From a virus (lineage: Duplodnaviria; Caudoviricetes), in the IMG/VR virus record IMGVR_UViG_3300033463_000029, positions 32,001 to 96,000 of that record: a DNA stretch of 64,000 bases; one strand, written 5' to 3'. The notes beneath the pieces were generated by a model. That model saw only the letters and a list, made by a program, of their open reading frames with translations, was not told the origin of the DNA and searched no databases. Of the stretch, positions 37,393 to 45,770 are shown one piece after another (the first letter of the stretch is position 1; every line of letters starts with the position of its first letter). The position numbers and the translations under genes are program-made.

Positions 37393-38505
37393 TTACTTAT
37401 CAAGATACTTTTTAAACCTTGCATTTAACTTCTTTTTTATATCCTTGTCCGTTACAACAAGGTTATACTTTTCATCTCTCTTCTCTATACAGTTTTCAAA
37501 CACGTAATCTGTCCATACACTTTCCATTATTGAACGAAGTCCTCTCGCACCAGTTCCTAGTTGAATCGCCGTGTCAGCAATAAGGTTAAGAGCCTTATCA
37601 GTAAAACTGAACTCGATATTATCAAGCTCCATCATTCGCTTGAACTGTTTCACTATCGCGTTCTTTGGCTCAGTCAATATTCTCTTCAAATCGTTTTTTG
37701 TCAAATTTCCAACATTGGTGAGAATTGGAAATCTACCGATGAATTCAGGTATCATTCCATATGCCCTGAGGTCTTCCTGACACATATAGTCGAAGATGTT
37801 ATCATCTTTCTTTAACGATTTCTTTTTATCTGAGGAAGTTTCGAAACCAATCTTGTTCACGCACATTCTATGTGATATTATGTCAGCCAATCCAGAAAAC
37901 GCACCAGTCCCTATGAACAGAATGTTCTTTGTGTTTATATAAAGAAGGGGCTGATCCGGATGCTTTCTTCCCTCCTGCGGCGGAACTCCGACAATGTCTC
38001 CCTCAACCATTTTCAACAAAGCCTGCTGAACGCCTTCTCCAACGACATCTCTTGATATGTGCTCGTTTGCACCGCGCTTCGACAACTTGTCGACTTCATC
38101 CAAAACAACAATACCATACTCAGCAAGCGGAACACTATAACTACAATTTCTAAGAAGGCCACTTAATATGGACTCTACGTCATCTCCGACATAACCGGCT
38201 TGCGTAAGGGTTGTTGAATCGGCAATATAGCACGGGACACCAATCATCTCTGCTATACACTTTATCATATATGTCTTTCCGCAACCGGTTGGTCCAGCCA
38301 TCAATATATTCGATTTGTCAATGTGAACGTCTTCTCCTTCAAGCCCGTCGTTAATCAATATTCTCTTATAATGATTATAAACGGCAACAGACAAAACCTT
38401 TTTAGCTTCGTCTTGACCTATTATATACTGATCCAGATATTCCTTGATTTCTTTTGGAGAATATAGATTTATGCTTAATCCCTTCGCAGACTCCGTCTCT
38501 TTCAT
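37393..38505 (-). CDS. clpX: ClpX ATPase lacking N-terminal Zn-binding domain
   Basis: GPTGCGKT, GYVG, DEVDK, GRKHP, IGF loop, GARGLR; start ATG 38505 after promoter. Confidence 0.93.
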   Translation of the reverse strand: MKETESAKGLSINLYSPKEIKEYLDQYIIGQDEAKKVLSVAVYNHYKRILINDGLEGEDVHIDKSNILMAGPTGCGKTYMIKCIAEMIGVPCYIADSTTLTQAGYVGDDVESILSGLLRNCSYSVPLAEYGIVVLDEVDKLSKRGANEHISRDVVGEGVQQALLKMVEGDIVGVPPQEGRKHPDQPLLYINTKNILFIGTGAFSGLADIISHRMCVNKIGFETSSDKKKSLKKDDNIFDYMCQEDLRAYGMIPEFIGRFPILTNVGNLTKNDLKRILTEPKNAIVKQFKRMMELDNIEFSFTDKALNLIADTAIQLGTGARGLRSIMESVWTDYVFENCIEKRDEKYNLVVTDKDIKKKLNARFKKYLDK

Positions 38506-38528
38506 TATTTTTCTAGTCTTATTTTTTG

Positions 38529-38536
38529 CAAATATA
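38529..38536 (-). promoter_or_regulatory. Bacteroidota-type -7 box
   Basis: GTATATTTGC upstream of clpX. Confidence 0.7.
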
Positions 38537-38554
38537 CTGAAAATAACGAAAAGA

Positions 38555-38583
38555 AAAAAGCAGACTTTGAAAAAATCTGCCTT
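38555..38583 (-). terminator. Terminator after terL
   Basis: GCAGA / TCTGC stem followed by T tract on minus strand. Confidence 0.55.
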
Positions 38584-40669
38584 ATATGATTCTGTTGTAT
38601 TGTTGAGGATACGCACCCTCGGAATACGGTGACGGCATCTGTCCAAATCCACCACTGACATACGGGGATTGGAGCATTCCAAATCCGCCGCTTGAATAAG
38701 GAGAAGGTATCTGTCCAAATCCTCCTATGTATGGGTTTTGCTCTTGTTGTCCAAACATATAAGGGTTCCTGTACTGCGGTTGGTCATCTGGTTTATACAG
38801 ACTGGTGAACGCGTCATCTGACATATCTGGATTATCCAAAGCCCATTTCTCTATAATCTGATTCAAAGCATAAACACGAGCTCTGTCTGGATGGAAATAA
38901 ATGTAATCTCCAATCCATGCCACAAAGTCATCCTCATCGAACAATCTTGGTATATGATTGAACACAGGCATAGATAAGTCGTCGTGACAAGCAATTCCCT
39001 TAAGTTTTCCACGAACATATCCAAATGATTTCATTTGAGTAAATGTCTCTTTACAATGGATGATTGTTCTTCTTCTTGTTAACATCTTCTTGCCCCTCAA
39101 GCAATAAGATTCCTTATTGGATGTAGTCTTACATCCAACTTTCTTTTTAGCTTTTTCTCCGGGGACTGGCTTTTTATGATAAGTTTTCACCAAAGTAGAT
39201 TCGGTAAACCTTGCGTGTCTCTTGAATTGATTATAGAAACTCGTTCCATTGAAATTCATTTCAATCATAATCCTGACGCAATCTTTCATATCATCATTAA
39301 ACAAAGCGTAAGACAAAGCTGATGCAACATCGGCTGCATACACCTCATCTTCAGTATTTGACGAATACCTTCCAATCTGCTCAAGTCTAACGCAGTCTCT
39401 AATTCCGCAGCTTATTGACGAATACTTTCTCACGTTCGCGGGTGAATTCAGTCTTAGTTTGAATATGTTTATTGTATTTGAGTCAGGTGAACGGTCTCCA
39501 CGTTCTTTTACTTTTTCATCTGGGTCCTGTCCGCCTTCAGCAATATCAACCAAAAATACAAATCTATCATTTGGATCTATATTGTTCGGATCAAACTTTG
39601 GATGCCAGACAAGATTTTTATCATTCAAAAATTGATTTTGTATTCCAACAATATCTTTATGGACAAAATCTGTAGACAACCTGTCAATGAACGTCATATC
39701 TTCTGCCGTGAGCAATGCTTTGGAACTCTTGTTAAACTGAAGCTCAAACTCCTGCGCAAATTCTTCGTCACCGAAGTCAGCTCTTTGCTGTGCAGCCCAT
39801 TTCGAATCATGTCCGGGAACTTCCCAATAGTCTGTTCTTAAATTGACAAATGAATTTCTACCCTCAACAGATTTCGACCAAATCTCATAAAATTTGTTAG
39901 TCGTTCCGTTTGGAGTTGAAATAATCATACACTGAGAAACAGCGGATGATGAAAGTGTAGGATAAACGGAACGCCAGAAATTGTTAACTATGTTTTCAGG
40001 AATGTGGGCAAACTCGTCCAGAATCATAAAATGAATCGTGAAACCAATTGATGCGGTATTGGTTGTAGCAGCCGACATCAATTTAGAACCATTTTCAAGA
40101 GACATTCCAGTTTTACCAAAGTTATTACAACCGGGCTTCAAGAAATATGGAAGACCCCTGAAGATTTCCGTAATCTTTGAAACCAACTCCTTTGCCGTAT
40201 CATCCTTGTTAGCCATAACTGCACAGTTATAAGATGGATTGAAAATCATCTTGTGTGCAAGAATGGAACACAGCGTAGTCGTCTTACCGCTCTGACGAGC
40301 AGCCATCCAGATAATATTTCTTCGTTTCGGAACTACCCGGTCAAGTTCTTCATTATAAACCTCTTCTGTTGCGAGATTTATTATCTTTTTCTGAAATTCT
40401 CTAAGTGTGACAAGAACGTCACCGTCGTCGGTTTTAAACTTACAATAATTTGTAATAAAATATAAAGGATCTTCACAGCACTTTGTATACTCGTTATACT
40501 CATCCTCCGTCATATTAAAAACAACGCCGGGAGCACGCAAATCCAAATCACGCTGAAAGAACGGAGAAAAATCGATCTCATATCCCTCGTTTCTCTCCTT
40601 TATCAGTTTGTTGATTGTTTCGGTAGAATATACCTTTCTTTTTTTCCTTAAATTGCTGTCTTCCATCAA
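38582..40669 (-). CDS. terL: Terminase large subunit (T4 gp17-like)
   Basis: KCCEDPLYF, ARQSGKTT, ILDEFAH, ISTPNG, FAQEF, LVDIAEG, HDDL. Confidence 0.95.
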   Translation of the reverse strand: MMEDSNLRKKRKVYSTETINKLIKERNEGYEIDFSPFFQRDLDLRAPGVVFNMTEDEYNEYTKCCEDPLYFITNYCKFKTDDGDVLVTLREFQKKIINLATEEVYNEELDRVVPKRRNIIWMAARQSGKTTTLCSILAHKMIFNPSYNCAVMANKDDTAKELVSKITEIFRGLPYFLKPGCNNFGKTGMSLENGSKLMSAATTNTASIGFTIHFMILDEFAHIPENIVNNFWRSVYPTLSSSAVSQCMIISTPNGTTNKFYEIWSKSVEGRNSFVNLRTDYWEVPGHDSKWAAQQRADFGDEEFAQEFELQFNKSSKALLTAEDMTFIDRLSTDFVHKDIVGIQNQFLNDKNLVWHPKFDPNNIDPNDRFVFLVDIAEGGQDPDEKVKERGDRSPDSNTINIFKLRLNSPANVRKYSSISCGIRDCVRLEQIGRYSSNTEDEVYAADVASALSYALFNDDMKDCVRIMIEMNFNGTSFYNQFKRHARFTESTLVKTYHKKPVPGEKAKKKVGCKTTSNKESYCLRGKKMLTRRRTIIHCKETFTQMKSFGYVRGKLKGIACHDDLSMPVFNHIPRLFDEDDFVAWIGDYIYFHPDRARVYALNQIIEKWALDNPDMSDDAFTSLYKPDDQPQYRNPYMFGQQEQNPYIGGFGQIPSPYSSGGFGMLQSPYVSGGFGQMPSPYSEGAYPQQYNRII

Positions 40670-41037
40670 TCGTTGCTGATTAGGAAGCCTATGGTCTTAT
40701 TTCCGTTTATTATTATATCAACCACACAGTAATCGAACCCGCTGGCGGATTTTCCAAAAGAGACGTTATTTTCGATGAATATGTTTGAACTATGCGAAAC
40801 TCCTTCATTTATTGCATCGAATATTTTCTCTTGAAGTCTCTCTGCGTTTATCTTCGTATTAAATACAAGATATTCCAAATCCAATCCGAAGTATGGAGCA
40901 CCAAGAACTTCTCCCTCTTTAGTTCCAAGAATCATCTTTATCTGAGAAATGACGCTCTCCAACTCATTGTCATGATCTATGATTCCCGGTTGAAAATTCG
41001 GGTCCTTTTCGTCTCTTATGTAAATTTCCTTTATCAT
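40666..41037 (-). CDS. gp25-like baseplate protein
   Basis: IKMILGTKEGEVLGAPYFGLDLEYLVF. Confidence 0.75.
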   Translation of the reverse strand: MIKEIYIRDEKDPNFQPGIIDHDNELESVISQIKMILGTKEGEVLGAPYFGLDLEYLVFNTKINAERLQEKIFDAINEGVSHSSNIFIENNVSFGKSASGFDYCVVDIIINGNKTIGFLISND

Positions 41038-41786
41038 TGCTCCTTTACCTCGTAATAGGCTTCTTTTATCTTTTTAAATTTTCCGTTCTTTACATTATTT
41101 ATCAAATCTTTCGTGCTCGACACAATCACACCCTTCTTTCCGACACCATCTCCATCTGGTCCTGCAATCATATTTCCCGAACTTGCTCGATGACTGTCAC
41201 CAATCGCAAGATCGTCGCTCATTTTTTCTCTAGCTTCAAACTTAAGGTCAAGATAGGTCTTTCTTATTCTTTGTTCTGTATCAACAATTTGCTTGTTTAT
41301 AGCAAGAATCTTTTCGGTCATCTGATTAAACACCTCAAACATTCTTGGTATAACTTGACCCTTTTTAACGCTTTCATATATAGTCTTCTGCATTATGGTG
41401 TTAATTTCAACCTGAACATAAAGCATTGCGAGAATCTCAATATCCTGTTCTATCTTATCCTTTATATAGTCCAAGTCAATCACATCCACAGGAAGGACAT
41501 GATTGACAATGTTCATTATTGTTTTCTTGCATTTTTTTCTAATTCCCTTTTTAGCTCCATCCAAATCGTATTCAAACACATTTGCCTGCATTATTTCTGC
41601 GGCAGATGGATTATCCACGGTGGCAGCGGGAATTGTAGGTATAGTTGCTGCCGGAGTTCTCACAGCAGGGTCTTCGCCCATATCATGGGCTGGGTCTATA
41701 CCGTTCAAAAGTCTCTCAAAATCGAGCCTATCATTTTTTATTGTTCCCAAAACAAATCTGCGTTTAATTTCCTTATATTTATTCAA
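41034..41786 (-). CDS. Helical late protein, possible small terminase (start uncertain)
   Basis: PRMFEVFNQM and VSSTKDL recall T4 gp16; first gene of terL operon. Confidence 0.45.
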   Translation of the reverse strand: MNKYKEIKRRFVLGTIKNDRLDFERLLNGIDPAHDMGEDPAVRTPAATIPTIPAATVDNPSAAEIMQANVFEYDLDGAKKGIRKKCKKTIMNIVNHVLPVDVIDLDYIKDKIEQDIEILAMLYVQVEINTIMQKTIYESVKKGQVIPRMFEVFNQMTEKILAINKQIVDTEQRIRKTYLDLKFEAREKMSDDLAIGDSHRASSGNMIAGPDGDGVGKKGVIVSSTKDLINNVKNGKFKKIKEAYYEVKEQ

Positions 41787-41799
41787 GGAAATTAAACGC
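41760..41799. promoter_or_regulatory. 15-bp perfect inverted repeat with ATAAATA in its loop
   Basis: GCGTTTAATTTCCTT-ATATTTATTC-AAGGAAATTAAACGC. Confidence 0.8.
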
Positions 41800-41962
41800 G
41801 GTATTTGAAGGTTAAGTAGTTAGAATCGAGTCCCTGAGTATACGTGTGGTCATTTACAGACCACATAGATACCTTATATCTTTTATCATTTATTACTATT
41901 TCTACTAGAAAATTTTCATCTGGTTCTGTTGGTCCGAACTGAACTTTAATTGGAGCCAGCAT
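41792..41962 (-). CDS. Small hypothetical protein
   Basis: MLAPIKVQFG... with A-rich upstream sequence; fills the gap between neighbours. Confidence 0.45.
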   Translation of the reverse strand: MLAPIKVQFGPTEPDENFLVEIVINDKRYKVSMWSVNDHTYTQGLDSNYLTFKYRV

Positions 41963-42000
41963 TTTATTTCCGGTATCAAATTCACAAAGAGGGAACTTTT

Positions 42001-42423
42001 TTATTTCTTCTGATTGAACTCTAATTCCTCCTTTAGTTGAACAATCAACTTGTTCGCTTCTTCTAGGTTCTCTGACAGATCTCTTATCTCTTGAACCTTC
42101 TCCTTTACTTCGTTCTTTAGTTTTTCTACTTGTCCGGACAAGTCTTTCACCACCGGCGACTCGCTCAACAGGTGTTGCAAATCCTGATTCACAACAACTC
42201 GTATTCTCTCTATTGTTTTCTCCTCCTGTGTCGTTCTCGAAAGAACTGTTCTCCAGAGGGAATTCAATATTAACTGGTTTTTTGTCAACGCCCTGTGACT
42301 TTCTGTGTTGTGACGGTTCTCTTTTTTCTGCTTTCTTCTGCCTAAGCCGCTCAATACGCTGTTCATGAGACACCAGACCGCTAGGGCTCCCAAAATCAAA
42401 AAGATTAACACTGTCTGATTCAT
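42001..42423 (-). CDS. N-terminal TM plus coiled-coil protein
   Basis: VLIFLILGALAVWCL then heptads; ATGA overlap. Confidence 0.7.
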   Translation of the reverse strand: MNQTVLIFLILGALAVWCLMNSVLSGLGRRKQKKENRHNTESHRALTKNQLILNSLWRTVLSRTTQEEKTIERIRVVVNQDLQHLLSESPVVKDLSGQVEKLKNEVKEKVQEIRDLSENLEEANKLIVQLKEELEFNQKK

Positions 42424-42875
42424 TGTTCCGATTCGTTTTCATTTTCTTCGTCTTCTTGTTTCCAATAAGGGAAAATCTCATGGTCTTCTTCAGAAGTATC
42501 CCAGCGAACTTCCTCACAACCACAGTTTTCACACTGAGTTAAAACAAAGTTCATCTTGTCTTTACTATCCGGCAAATCATACCCCTCATAATCAGATAGC
42601 ATAAAATTTCCCGTTACTCCCACTTTGTGTCCGCAATTAAGGCAATGTCCGTTCATTATATCGATTTCGTCGAGACGGAAATCAGTATCACGGTCTTTCC
42701 AAAACTCATAATTCTTTTTCTGTTCATCGTTCGGAACAGATATTTCAAACCTAGCCCCACAATAAGGGCATTCAAATGTGTACACGTTTCCCATCTCCTC
42801 ATCTTCCAGTTCATACTGGTCGATGAGAACGAGATCATGCATACATCTATTACATTTAAGTCCTTCTAATTCCAT
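42420..42875 (-). CDS. Double Zn-ribbon protein
   Basis: CNRC, CPYC, CLNC, CENC. Confidence 0.75.
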   Translation of the reverse strand: MELEGLKCNRCMHDLVLIDQYELEDEEMGNVYTFECPYCGARFEISVPNDEQKKNYEFWKDRDTDFRLDEIDIMNGHCLNCGHKVGVTGNFMLSDYEGYDLPDSKDKMNFVLTQCENCGCEEVRWDTSEEDHEIFPYWKQEDEENENESEQ

Positions 42876-42878
42876 ATA

Positions 42879-43433
42879 CTAAAACACTTCAATTTGACAA
42901 GATTTCATAACCGCTAGTGCGGCTTCGTGATTTTCTTTTGTTGTTCCGGCGCAACATTGCGCATTTACAAGGATGTTCGCTTGATCATAAAAAGAAGTTT
43001 TGACAAGAATAGCATTTGCTATTACGCAGATGTCCGTACAAAAGCCAACGAATACAACTTCAAATGGTTCGACTTCTATATCATAGTCAAGGTGCATATA
43101 ATCAACCAGCCATTTTGAACCAAATGTCAGTTTGGTTATATACTCGACGTTAACTTTATTCTTTGTTGACACCTCATCCAACGCAGCCTTTATGCTTGGC
43201 TCTATTGCCCAACCTTCGGTATTTGCTATACAGTGCGGAACAGGAAGATTTCTTCCCTCGTTTGTTTCCAAATAATCTCCAAAATGAGTGTCCTGTGTAA
43301 CATATATCCTATCCCACCTGAAATCCTTTATGTATTTCACAATTTTCGGGACAACCTCAATCGCAGCTTCATTTCTCAAGCTTCCTGTTATAAAGTCGTT
43401 TTGCGCATCGACCACAACTAGCACTCTCTTCAT
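42879..43433 (-). CDS. pncA: Isochorismatase-family nicotinamidase-like hydrolase
   Basis: VVDAQNDF, TQDTH, PHC, K.TFGS, GFCTDICV. Confidence 0.88.
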   Translation of the reverse strand: MKRVLVVVDAQNDFITGSLRNEAAIEVVPKIVKYIKDFRWDRIYVTQDTHFGDYLETNEGRNLPVPHCIANTEGWAIEPSIKAALDEVSTKNKVNVEYITKLTFGSKWLVDYMHLDYDIEVEPFEVVFVGFCTDICVIANAILVKTSFYDQANILVNAQCCAGTTKENHEAALAVMKSCQIEVF

Positions 43434-43435
43434 AA

Positions 43436-43648
43436 TTATAATTGTTCTAATCTTTCGTTGCCTGTCAGTTCCTCACCTCTAAGAAGTTTCCTGATACCGA
43501 TAAGCGATTGTTTTATGTTTCTATCTTGACAAGTTTCTCCAGTCTCTTCCACATCTTCTATGTTGATGTTATATTGAGTGCTAAGTGTATCCTCAACAAC
43601 TTCAAGAAACCACCTAGGGACAGATATATTTTTTAAACTATCTTTCAT
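43436..43648 (-). CDS. Hypothetical protein
   Basis: ORF in operon. Confidence 0.6.
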   Translation of the reverse strand: MKDSLKNISVPRWFLEVVEDTLSTQYNINIEDVEETGETCQDRNIKQSLIGIRKLLRGEELTGNERLEQL

Positions 43649-43650
43649 TA

Positions 43651-44565
43651 TTAAATTTCTCTATCATATGTTATAAACCTATCGGACAAATCATTTATTT
43701 TTATCCTTTCAAAATTTCCATCATCCTTCAACCACACGAGATTTCTGTATGGAACACGATAGTTTAGCTGCCTAAGCATCAACGTATACGCTGACAACTG
43801 AAGAGTGTAGTGACCATATGCTTCGTCGATGTAATCATCAAACGGATAACACATTGCAACTTGATATGTCCTATTGTAATCGTTATACAACGATTTGTTC
43901 GTCTTCCAGTCATCGCATATAAGATTCCATCCGTTTACGTCACAGAAAGCAAGAAGTATATCCATTGTACCAGCAATCCTGTCAGTTATACCAAACGGAT
44001 TATCTTCGAATATATACATCTTTGTTTCCGGCATGACTGGATATTTCTTAAACGGGTCGTTTGAGTTTATAGTATTGTATATTCTCTCAAAATACTTAAC
44101 ACCAGCCTCTTGCTTTGGACCGTATGGAACAAGATATCCGCTTTCATATTGCGGGAGGATAACCGGATCTATTCTTTCCGGCATTCCCAAGAAGAACCAC
44201 ATATACGATTCAAGAAAGAGGTGTGTGGATGTTCCATTGTTTGCGGCAATAATCTTCGTTTCATCCCACTCCCGTTTTATTGCTTCATATGTGCTTCCTG
44301 TTCGTATGGCTTTGTCTCTTGCCTTTTGGTCCCAATCAACAGGCTGTTCAAATCTTTTCAAAAACGTAGTTGCGCTTTCAAGGCACATCTCTATTGGGTT
44401 TCCGTTCGGGTCAAGTTTGCCTGTTGGAACATAATACTTATGAGGAACAGGATCAAACCTCAAATCCTTAAAAGCGTCTGTTATATGATTTCTTATATCC
44501 GTAATCTCTTTCGGGAACGGATAATTTTTATGCATTTTTACAATGTCGTCTATATGTAGCAGCAT
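43651..44565 (-). CDS. PD-(D/E)XK (RecB/Cas4-like) exonuclease
   Basis: GTSTH, E, IAGTMD, DWKT, QLSAY. Confidence 0.85.
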   Translation of the reverse strand: MLLHIDDIVKMHKNYPFPKEITDIRNHITDAFKDLRFDPVPHKYYVPTGKLDPNGNPIEMCLESATTFLKRFEQPVDWDQKARDKAIRTGSTYEAIKREWDETKIIAANNGTSTHLFLESYMWFFLGMPERIDPVILPQYESGYLVPYGPKQEAGVKYFERIYNTINSNDPFKKYPVMPETKMYIFEDNPFGITDRIAGTMDILLAFCDVNGWNLICDDWKTNKSLYNDYNRTYQVAMCYPFDDYIDEAYGHYTLQLSAYTLMLRQLNYRVPYRNLVWLKDDGNFERIKINDLSDRFITYDREI

Positions 44566-44574
44566 ATCTCTATT

Positions 44575-45693
44575 TTATATTAAAATTGCATCCAATTCAT
44601 TATTACTGAAGTACCCCTCTATGGACGGAAGATTTAATCCGTTCTCGGCGGCATATAACAATATATCGTTGAAATCCCATTTGTCTTTATTAGGAATACC
44701 AGATTCTTTTATGTACTTATCCCAGAGAAACACTTCAAATCCTTCCCTGAGCTTATCTATCGTATGTTGCCTACCCGTCTTATCTGAGTCAAACATATAT
44801 CTGTGCTCAAACGGAATTTCAACGTTCTTTCCTGCACCACAAAGAGCGATTGCATTTTTCAACAAAAACGCATCCATCGGACCTTCGGTAACAGTGACGG
44901 TTCGAGTGCAATCAATCAACAATATGTTGAAAAGCATAGAAAGCGAATTGATATCATCCGGAACCGTTACGCCATCATTGAACACAATCTCATGTATCTT
45001 TTGCAGGTTATATGTTTTATATTTCGCGCCCCTACCGTCAAAACGTCTAACCTGCATTCCGAAAATATTTCCAGCCGGAGTGAGGTTCAACACGAACAGT
45101 TTGTTCGCTCGCGGAGAATATAGGAATTTTCTAAAATCTCGCTGACCCCGTTTAACAAGATAGTAATATCCAACAGAAGGTGTATCACACTCTATAAGTC
45201 CAAGTTTCTCTTTGAAGGATTCTCGGTCTATTACATACTTTTTTATCTCATCAATATCGTATATGTACGATAATGATTCGAGCGCAGACACGGTTCCGCC
45301 TCTATATGATGACGTATCTACTCTCGTAGATGATACATAATCGATTTCATCTAGAGACAGATTTTGTCCAAAACGCTTGAAGAAATTAGGAAGATTCATA
45401 GATGTTCCGCAGTTGAAACACTTATAAAGATTTTTCCATTTCCCTTCAAGTACGATATTTCCCCTTTTCTTGCTTCTGTCGTGACCAGAATCGCCGCAGC
45501 AAGGAGCTGCAAAATTTATCCTGTCTTTATAAATTCTTATTTTTCGCTTAGCAGGATCATTTGGAAACGCCTTATCCAATATTGCCTGCAACTTTGGCAA
45601 TATTGAAGCAACGAAATCGTCTTTAGACAATGACTGTGTGTCTAATATAGACTGTGTTCCGGATGAATTGAATATGTTAACACTAGTATCCAC
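44575..45693 (-). CDS. DNA primase (T4 gp61-like)
   Basis: PCCGDS..YKCFNCG Zn finger; TEGPMDA Toprim; FDSDKTG; KWDFND. Confidence 0.9.
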   Translation of the reverse strand: MDTSVNIFNSSGTQSILDTQSLSKDDFVASILPKLQAILDKAFPNDPAKRKIRIYKDRINFAAPCCGDSGHDRSKKRGNIVLEGKWKNLYKCFNCGTSMNLPNFFKRFGQNLSLDEIDYVSSTRVDTSSYRGGTVSALESLSYIYDIDEIKKYVIDRESFKEKLGLIECDTPSVGYYYLVKRGQRDFRKFLYSPRANKLFVLNLTPAGNIFGMQVRRFDGRGAKYKTYNLQKIHEIVFNDGVTVPDDINSLSMLFNILLIDCTRTVTVTEGPMDAFLLKNAIALCGAGKNVEIPFEHRYMFDSDKTGRQHTIDKLREGFEVFLWDKYIKESGIPNKDKWDFNDILLYAAENGLNLPSIEGYFSNNELDAILI

Positions 45694-45697
45694 GGCG

Positions 45698-45747
45698 CAA
45701 ATATACGGAAAATTCTTTTAATGAGAAAGATAAATTATGGATAAATA
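45698..45747. promoter_or_regulatory. Divergent host-type (minus) and late-type (plus) promoters
   Basis: TATATTTG-CGCC-GTG (primase) and ATAAATA 45741-45747. Confidence 0.7.
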
Positions 45748-45770
45748 CAGAAAGGTTTATTTTTTCTTAG

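Noticed and set aside
38506-38718. N-terminal extension of ClpX in the track ORF
   Set aside because: It spans the terL 3' end, a terminator and a promoter, and lacks the C4 zinc motif
38582-40669. Intein or intron in TerL
   Set aside because: Continuous ATPase and nuclease motifs; no splice-junction or homing endonuclease motifs
41037-41795. Long antisense ORFs (also 34859..35500, 44543..45145, 55306..56076 and similar)
   Set aside because: They shadow well-supported minus-strand genes and have antisense-type composition
42001-42423. Embedded i-spanin/o-spanin pair
   Set aside because: The TM plus coiled coil fits an i-spanin, but the overlapping frame has no signal peptide or lipobox and the gene is far from the amidase
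28094-43433. Complete NARP-type NAD reconstitution pathway
   Set aside because: No Nampt, Adps or Namat recognised in the window; the HIGH domain is not demonstrably an NMN adenylyltransferase
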